Source of the DNA: an uncultured Acidobacteriaceae bacterium
GTDB taxonomy: Bacteria; Acidobacteriota; Terriglobia; Terriglobales; Acidobacteriaceae
Direction of reading: 5' to 3'
Length of the DNA: 64,000 bases
NCBI GenBank assembly: GCA_963725975.1
Contig: CAVSBA010000006.1
Span: 10,799-74,798, forward strand
The position numbers and the translations under genes were made by a program. The notes beneath the pieces were generated by a model. The model saw only the letters and a list, made by a program, of their open reading frames with translations, was not told where the DNA came from and ran no database searches. This document shows, piece after piece, positions 56,369 through 64,000 of the stretch. Positions within the stretch are counted from its first letter, which is position 1. The number at the start of each line of letters is the position of its first letter.

Positions 56369-56983
56369 ATGGAGCAGGACATGACCTTGGCCGATGGAAC
56401 GATCGTTACGAGATTACCTCAAGCGGGCGCCGCTACGGTCGCACTCAAATTCGGCAACCCTTTGCACACGGCCATGGGCAGAACACTGTTGATCGCCGCG
56501 CTGGCCTTGTTCTGTTGCCCGGGCGTGTCGCTTGCCGCTCAACAGCCGCCGCTATCGAAGCCGGGCGTCACACCGGAGATCGCCAAGCAGTTCCCCGACG
56601 GTCCCGGCAAAGCCACCTTCCTGCGCGTCTGCAGCACCTGTCACTCGCCCATGAACGTGATGGCCGCCGGCCACACCGAGCAGGGGTGGGAGGACACGAT
56701 CACCAAGATGGCGGGATATGGCGCATCCGGCAGCGATGAGGATTTCACGGCAATTCTCGAATATCTCGAGAAAAATTATCCGCCTCTGCCCAAGGTTGAC
56801 ATCAACAAGGCGTCTGCGCCGGAGCTTGAGACGGGTTTGCAACTCGAGCCAACCCTTGCCGAGGCCATTGTTGCTTACCGGGATAAACATGGAGACTTCA
56901 AAACCCTGCAGGATGTGGAGCAGGTTCCAGGCGTAGACGCCGCGATACTCGAAGCCAAGAAGGGTCGGATCAACTTCAACTGA
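56369..56983 (+). CDS. Exported c-type cytochrome fused to a ComEA-like helix-hairpin-helix domain
   Basis: Signal-like MGRTLLIAALALFCC (alternative starts 56381/56474); PDGPGK..F..VCSTCH; candidate axial Met in ITKM; VDINKAS..EL...AEAIVAYR..HG.FK...D...VPGV. Confidence 0.85.
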   Translation: MEQDMTLADGTIVTRLPQAGAATVALKFGNPLHTAMGRTLLIAALALFCCPGVSLAAQQPPLSKPGVTPEIAKQFPDGPGKATFLRVCSTCHSPMNVMAAGHTEQGWEDTITKMAGYGASGSDEDFTAILEYLEKNYPPLPKVDINKASAPELETGLQLEPTLAEAIVAYRDKHGDFKTLQDVEQVPGVDAAILEAKKGRINFN

Positions 56984-57016
56984 GCGCCAAAGCCACGATC
57001 CTTCCTGGCCCCCGAG

Positions 57017-57826
57017 TCAAATCTGCGAGCCTGCAGCTCGCGAGAGGATAAGGTTTGATACATTGCTGACCGTAGGTTCAAAGCTGAATCGAGGGCTGGC
57101 TGTAAGTTCCTTCCATTGCGGGTCGTTAAAAAACGCATTCCATCGCTCGTCGAGTTCATCCAGATCCGCAACGCTCACCATGTAAGTCAACTTAGGCAGC
57201 TGCTGCCCCAGCAGCACGTCGGAGAAGAAAATCTCAGCGAAACCTGCTTTCCGGAAAATTTCAAACTCTCCGCTATGGAACATCTCGATCTTGCGAAGAT
57301 GGTCTTGCATGCTCGCGCTCTCGTAGGAACGGAGCTGAAACACCCGCTTGCCGGGTGACGAGGCTGCAGGCGGCAATAGCAGTTCCGGCCATCCCTCAAA
57401 GGCTTGCATCAACTCGCTTTCGATGCGTACAAAGGCCGGACTGGTTTCCGGCGCATTCCAAAAGGGTTCCGCGCTCGCGAGGTAATCTTTGTCGTTGAGC
57501 AATTGTGAGCCGGCATTCACCAGCGCGCTAAGGTCTTTGCTGGGGAGCAGAAGATACAGAGCCGGGGTATCCGGACCAATGGTCAGGTTGAATGCTCCCA
57601 CGGGAGCGATTCCCAGTCGATTCAGGGCGGGAATCAAGGCCTTGGCAACGTAATCCTCGGTGATCCTACTTCCGGGTCCGGTGCGAAGCCGATACTTTCT
57701 GAGTTCGTAGAATTGGCGCTGCGAATCTGAGGGTCGCTTTGCCGGTTGGGCCGCGGCGGGCAACTGCGCTGCCAGGCCGGCGGAAGAGAATGCGAAAGCG
57801 GAGGAGAGAAATTGACGTCTTTTCAA
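57017..57826 (-). CDS. Tat-exported tandem NIPSNAP-domain protein
   Basis: TTG start with GAGGTG RBS; KRRQFL; FYELRKY and VFQLRSYES; KIEMF..GE; W..F..DP.W. Confidence 0.82.
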   Translation of the reverse strand: MKRRQFLSSAFAFSSAGLAAQLPAAAQPAKRPSDSQRQFYELRKYRLRTGPGSRITEDYVAKALIPALNRLGIAPVGAFNLTIGPDTPALYLLLPSKDLSALVNAGSQLLNDKDYLASAEPFWNAPETSPAFVRIESELMQAFEGWPELLLPPAASSPGKRVFQLRSYESASMQDHLRKIEMFHSGEFEIFRKAGFAEIFFSDVLLGQQLPKLTYMVSVADLDELDERWNAFFNDPQWKELTASPRFSFEPTVSNVSNLILSRAAGSQI

Positions 57827-57904
57827 GAGGCACCTCTGGGGAGCAGTGTCCCCAACCGGAAGAATGAAGGGCCGCCGGTGCTGGCCCGGGAAGGAAAAAA
57901 TCGC

Positions 57905-57960
57905 TTGACAGAAGGTCTCACTGCTGACTAGCATCTTTTTGCACGGTTGAGACGTCTCAA
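57905..57960 (+). promoter_or_regulatory. Sigma70 promoter with palindromic operator
   Basis: TTGACA(57905)-N18-TAGCAT(57929); perfect 14-bp palindrome TTGAGACGTCTCAA at 57947-57960. Confidence 0.75.
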
Positions 57961-58050
57961 TTGTGCGGCATCGATTCGCCAAAACGCAAGTCCATTCCGC
58001 GCGTTCTCAATTACCTTGCGCCGCCCTGCGGCAGAATTAGGATCGGAACT

Positions 58051-59268
58051 ATGTTAAAGCAATCTACTGTGCAAGATGCTATCCATGCCTCCTCCGGAAT
58101 CCTGCGCCTCCGCCCTTGCTGGGTCCCTCGGTCCTTCATGATTCCGGGACGCCGTTTGAGACTTCACCCCGATGATCTCTATGCCTATGGCGCGCACCGC
58201 GGCGGTATCAATGAGCGTTGGTTCTCTTCAACGACCAAGGCATCCAATGGGCCCGATACGCTTCCAGACGAGGGGCTGAGCTATATACAGCCGGCCAAAG
58301 GAGACAAGTTCCTCCTCAAGGACGCGGTTGAAGTTGCCGGCGATCTGATTCTCGGATCCGATGTTATGGCGCGTGAAGGTGGATGGAATCTCCTCTGTAA
58401 GTTCTTTGATAACATGGGGCCGATTCCCCACCATATGCATCAAACCGATGCCTTTGCCAAGCTCGTCGGGCACAAAGGCAAACCGGAGGCTTATTATTTT
58501 GCCCCTCAATATAATCAGATTCTCAATAACTTTCCCCATACCTATATGGGTCTCGAGCCAGGTACGACCAAGGACGATGTTCGCAATTGCCTGAATAACT
58601 GGAGCAAGGGCGACAACGGCATTCTGGCGTTTGCCCGGGCCTACCGCCTGATTCCCGGGGAAGGCTGGCAAATCAATCCTGGCATCCTGCATGCGCCCGG
58701 GTCTCTGGTTACTTACGAGCCGCAGGTTAACAGCGACGTCTTCGCCATGTTCCAGTCAGAGGTGGAGGGTCGTCTTGTGGATCGCAGCCTCCTGGTGAAG
58801 GATGTAAAGCCTGAGTTTGCCAATGACGTCGACTACCTGGTCAGCATGCTCGATTGGGAGGGCAACATCAATCCGGAATTTGCCAAGAGCAATAAGACTC
58901 ATCCGAAGCCAGTGCGCGAATGCAAGGAAATGGAAGAAGTCGGCTACCGTGAGTTATGGATTACCTATGGAACTCCCTACTACTCTGCGAAGGAACTTAC
59001 CGTACTGCCGCAGAAGAGCGTCACCATTCGGGATAGTGAGGCATACGGGGTGATCGTAACCCAGGGTTACGGCCGCATCGCCGGCCAGCCCTTGTCGGCT
59101 CCGACCATGATTCGCTTTGGTCAAATGACCGAGGATGAAGTCTTTGTCACCGCGCCCGTTGCTCGCCAGGGCGTGACCATCGAGAACCTGAGCGGCACAG
59201 ATCCGCTGGTCCTGTTGAAACACTTTGGTCCAAAGAACCCGGATGCAGTGCATCTGCTGAAGAAATGA
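58051..59268 (+). CDS. Conserved cupin-fold protein, phosphomannose-isomerase-like, function unknown
   Basis: L.P..VPR, ERW, KFFD...PIPHHMH, KPEAYYF, PG.LHAPG, EPQ..SD resemble type I PMI metal-binding motifs. Confidence 0.7.
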   Translation: MLKQSTVQDAIHASSGILRLRPCWVPRSFMIPGRRLRLHPDDLYAYGAHRGGINERWFSSTTKASNGPDTLPDEGLSYIQPAKGDKFLLKDAVEVAGDLILGSDVMAREGGWNLLCKFFDNMGPIPHHMHQTDAFAKLVGHKGKPEAYYFAPQYNQILNNFPHTYMGLEPGTTKDDVRNCLNNWSKGDNGILAFARAYRLIPGEGWQINPGILHAPGSLVTYEPQVNSDVFAMFQSEVEGRLVDRSLLVKDVKPEFANDVDYLVSMLDWEGNINPEFAKSNKTHPKPVRECKEMEEVGYRELWITYGTPYYSAKELTVLPQKSVTIRDSEAYGVIVTQGYGRIAGQPLSAPTMIRFGQMTEDEVFVTAPVARQGVTIENLSGTDPLVLLKHFGPKNPDAVHLLKK

Positions 59269-59275
59269 GTCAACT

Positions 59276-60328
59276 ATGAGCGCCCAGAGCCTCCATAAGA
59301 GCCCCGCTCTTCACAATGCCATGTGGCCCGGGTTGGTTGGAAAGGGACCGGACTCAGAGCCCCCAATCGATCTGATCACCATGCTTGACCTGACGGCGGC
59401 AGCAGAAGTGGATGGGGTCCGATTTGATGGCGTCGATCTCTTTGCAGCTGCGCCGCACGTGGACATCGATTCCGACAAAGCGGCCCTGCAAAGAGTTGCC
59501 GATGAAGTCGCGAAGCGGAATCTTGTCATCGGCTCGCTGGTAGCCCCGGTGTGGGGACCGACCGGCGGGGGATCCGCAATGGGATCCCAGGAAGAGCGGG
59601 AGAGATTTCTGAGTCAAGTCCGGAAAGCCTGCCGCATGGGACAGACATTCCGCGAATTGGGGATTCGCAGCTATGGCGTGATTCGCATTGATTCTGCAAC
59701 CAGCCCCGAGGCGTGGGCCGAGGATCCGGCTGGAAATACAAAGAAAATAGCGGATACGTTTCGTGAGGCTTGTAAGATCGCCGAGGATCACGGTGAAAGG
59801 CTCGCGGCCGAGGGTGAAATCTGCTGGGGTGGCATGCACGGATGGAAACACATGGTCACCCTGCTTGAAATGGTGGGGCGTCCGCAGACTTTGGGATTTC
59901 AGGCGGACATGGCTCACACGTTGCTCTATACACTTGGCTACAACGCCCCCGAAGATCGGTTGTTGCCCGAGAATTTCGATTGGTCCGACAACGACACGCT
60001 CATGCGGGCGCTTGGGGCTCTCACCGATGCGTTGCGTCCGTGGACAATCGATTTTCATGTCGCTCAAAACGATGGAACGGTGTTTGGAGCGGGATCCCAC
60101 GACAAGACCGGCCGACACTGCCAGGCCAGGGATCCGAACGGGAAAATGGATATCGTGGCCGTTGCAGGTCTCTGGATGCGAGATGCGAGCGGCGAGCCCA
60201 CCCGCGCTTTTCAACACATGTGCTGGGATGGTTGCATGTTTCCCAATGCTGTCATGATGGCTTCGCAGACTTGGCGGGATATTCTGCAGACCATGATCTC
60301 GGTGCGCAACGCTCACGGTTGGAATTGA
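59276..60328 (+). CDS. Xylose-isomerase-like TIM-barrel sugar isomerase/epimerase (possible apiose isomerase)
   Basis: FDGVDL, RID, LAAEGE, QADMAH, FHVAQND, TGRH, WDGC; N-terminal [13 protein letters not shown]. Confidence 0.78.
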   Translation: MSAQSLHKSPALHNAMWPGLVGKGPDSEPPIDLITMLDLTAAAEVDGVRFDGVDLFAAAPHVDIDSDKAALQRVADEVAKRNLVIGSLVAPVWGPTGGGSAMGSQEERERFLSQVRKACRMGQTFRELGIRSYGVIRIDSATSPEAWAEDPAGNTKKIADTFREACKIAEDHGERLAAEGEICWGGMHGWKHMVTLLEMVGRPQTLGFQADMAHTLLYTLGYNAPEDRLLPENFDWSDNDTLMRALGALTDALRPWTIDFHVAQNDGTVFGAGSHDKTGRHCQARDPNGKMDIVAVAGLWMRDASGEPTRAFQHMCWDGCMFPNAVMMASQTWRDILQTMISVRNAHGWN

Positions 60329-60385
60329 ATTGAAGGCGAGCGGCTGTGCTTCCCGGGACTCTATGCTCGCGCTGCCGGCTGGAGC

Positions 60386-61162
60386 TTGCCGTTGCTGGAA
60401 ATTCGCCAATTTGCCGACGAGATGCGCCACCGGTTTGAGAACCACCAGTGCACGGATCACTCAACGAACATTGCAAATCTCACGGTAGCGCAGGCGTATT
60501 CCGTCCAGGACGAGTTTGTCGCTGCACGCGTGAGGGACGGCGCGAAGATTGTCGGTTGGAAGGTAGGGTGCACCAGCCCCGCAATCCGCAAGCAGTTTGG
60601 ATTATCGCAACCGATTTCGGGCAAACTGCTTGAGCCCGACATTTTCGCTTCAGGAATCAATTTGAATTCCACGCGCTTTGTGGAATGCGCTGTCGAGCCC
60701 GAACTGGTCTTCCGTTTGGGTGAAAGTCTGGCAGGCGAAATTGATGACGAACGTGTCCTTGGTTCTCTTGCTAGTGTCTGCGCCGGCATTGAGCTTCACA
60801 ATTACCATTTTTGGCTGGGCTATCCGACCGTTCAGGAATTGATCGCCTCAAATGGCATTCATGCTGGTCTCGTCCTGTCGGATTTCCAATCTCTGCCTCA
60901 AGAATGGGACTCGGAATCTGAAAGAGTGTCGATCCTGGTGAATGACCAGGTGCAAGCCTCCGCCACTTCCAAAGAGATTATGGGCGGTCCGCTGCGCTCG
61001 ATCGAGTGGCTGGCGAAGCACGCCGCGGAGCGGGGACAGCCACTGCGTGCCGGCGACCTTGTGATTCCGGGATCAGCGGTAGAACTGGTGCGTGTCAAGG
61101 CCGGTGACGCGATTGAAGCGCGGTTCGAACGGCTGGGGTCCTGCAAAGCTTGCCTGACTTAA
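60386..61162 (+). CDS. 2-keto-4-pentenoate hydratase-like FAH-family protein
   Basis: AYSVQ, G.KIVGWKVG.TS....QFG...P..G.L, VEPEL.F, IE, G.PL....WLA, L.AGD.V..GS. Confidence 0.85.
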   Translation: MPLLEIRQFADEMRHRFENHQCTDHSTNIANLTVAQAYSVQDEFVAARVRDGAKIVGWKVGCTSPAIRKQFGLSQPISGKLLEPDIFASGINLNSTRFVECAVEPELVFRLGESLAGEIDDERVLGSLASVCAGIELHNYHFWLGYPTVQELIASNGIHAGLVLSDFQSLPQEWDSESERVSILVNDQVQASATSKEIMGGPLRSIEWLAKHAAERGQPLRAGDLVIPGSAVELVRVKAGDAIEARFERLGSCKACLT

Positions 61163-61173
61163 ACTAAGCAGCC

Positions 61174-62991
<1,818 letters not shown>

Positions 62992-63018
62992 CTAGGATGG
63001 CAGTTTGGAGGAGTCCGC

Positions 63019-64000
63019 ATGCCTGAACTTGCCCGCCGAAGGCTGGGCCGGATCGGCCCGGAAGTTTTCCCCATCGCCCTCGGCTGCATGGGAATGAGCG
63101 GAGTTTACGGCGCCGCGGACGAGGTGGAATCCATCGCCACCATCCATGCGGCTATGGACGCTGGCGTCAATTTGATCGATACTGGCGACTTTTACGGCAT
63201 GGGCCACAACGAAATGCTGGTGGGCAGGGCGCTGGGTTCGCGTCGCAGCCAGGTTCTGCTCTCGGTCAAGTTTGGCGCTCAGCGCGGTCCGGACGGGTCG
63301 TGGATGGGCTATGACGCCCGGCCCGCGGCGGTGAAAACGTGGCTGGCCTACTCGCTTAGGCGCCTGGGAACGGACTACGTCGACATCTATCGTCCGGCGC
63401 GCCTCGATCCCGCCGTGCCCATCGAGGATACGGTCGGCGCCATCGCCGATATGGTTAAAGCCGGTTACGTCCGCCAAATTGGGCTGTCGGAGGTGGGAGC
63501 GGAAACCATTCGCCGCGCCGCGCAAGTTCACCCCATCGTCGATCTGCAGATTGAGTATTCGCTGATCAGCCGCGGTCCTGAGACACACATATTTCCGGTT
63601 CTCGACGAGTTGGGCATTGCCGCCACGGCGTACGGCGTACTGTCGCGCGGCCTGCTCTCGGGGTCTCAACCGGCTGAACGGGGCGACGCACGCGTCCATT
63701 TTCCGCGATTCCAGGGAGGCAACTTCGAGCGCAATCGCGAGATTGCCAATCGTCTCCGTGAGATGGCGACCGGCAACGGTATTACGCCGGCGCAGTTGGC
63801 CATCGCCTGGGTGCTGGCCAAACGCGAGTCAGCGATTCCGGTGATTGGCGCGCGCACCCGGCATCAGTTCAGGGAAAGTCTGGCCGCCGCGGACGTGAAA
63901 CTCAGCGCCACGGATTTGTCGCAGATTGAAGCCGTCATCTCGACCCAGGCCGTCGCAGGCAGCCGCTACGGAGAAGAGCAGATGCGCGTTCTCGACAGCG
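63019..64000 (+). CDS. Aldo/keto reductase (partial; stop lies beyond the window)
   Basis: ATG with GGAGG RBS; LGCMGMS, IDTGDFYG.GHNE, SVKFG, SLRRLGTDYVDIY, IGLSE, QIEYSL. Open to the edge and missing from the ORF track. Confidence 0.93.
   Translation, partial: MPELARRRLGRIGPEVFPIALGCMGMSGVYGAADEVESIATIHAAMDAGVNLIDTGDFYGMGHNEMLVGRALGSRRSQVLLSVKFGAQRGPDGSWMGYDARPAAVKTWLAYSLRRLGTDYVDIYRPARLDPAVPIEDTVGAIADMVKAGYVRQIGLSEVGAETIRRAAQVHPIVDLQIEYSLISRGPETHIFPVLDELGIAATAYGVLSRGLLSGSQPAERGDARVHFPRFQGGNFERNREIANRLREMATGNGITPAQLAIAWVLAKRESAIPVIGARTRHQFRESLAAADVKLSATDLSQIEAVISTQAVAGSRYGEEQMRVLDS

Overview
GC-rich bacterial DNA; the gene families suggest Acidobacteriota (inference, not verified). Four blocks. 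(1) 1-25.1 kb: a Wzx/Wzy-type exopolysaccharide (EPS) locus. It contains a PilZ protein, a UpxY/NusG-type antiterminator, a priming transferase, a short Wza, a GumC/Wzz protein, an ExeA-like ATPase with LysM, a degenerate BY-kinase, a polymerase, glycosyltransferases, a deacetylase and a flippase, plus a divergent LuxR regulator with a pseudo-receiver. Two large Ser/Thr-rich surface lipoprotein genes bracket it, one of them frameshifted. (2) 25.6-26.1 kb: a decayed GIY-YIG nuclease gene between inverted repeats. (3) 26.2-32.7 kb: a Tat-exported glycosidase and a CpxRA-like two-component system divergent from a TonB-receptor-like beta-barrel, with a 10-bp-phased repeat array between them. (4) 33-61 kb: a plant-glycan/rare-sugar utilisation region with GH106 and GH78 rhamnosidases, RhaT, apiosidase-like proteins, SDRs, a dehydratase, aldolases, isomerase-like proteins and a FadR regulator. 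It also holds an MBL-fold protein lacking most metal ligands and a cytochrome c-HhH fusion. The window ends with pyrG and a partial aldo/keto reductase. Several repeated operator motifs, a candidate attenuator/sRNA and a MITE-like element were read directly from intergenic DNA. No rRNA, tRNA or CRISPR array was recognised. All family calls come from motif recognition by eye; no database search was run.
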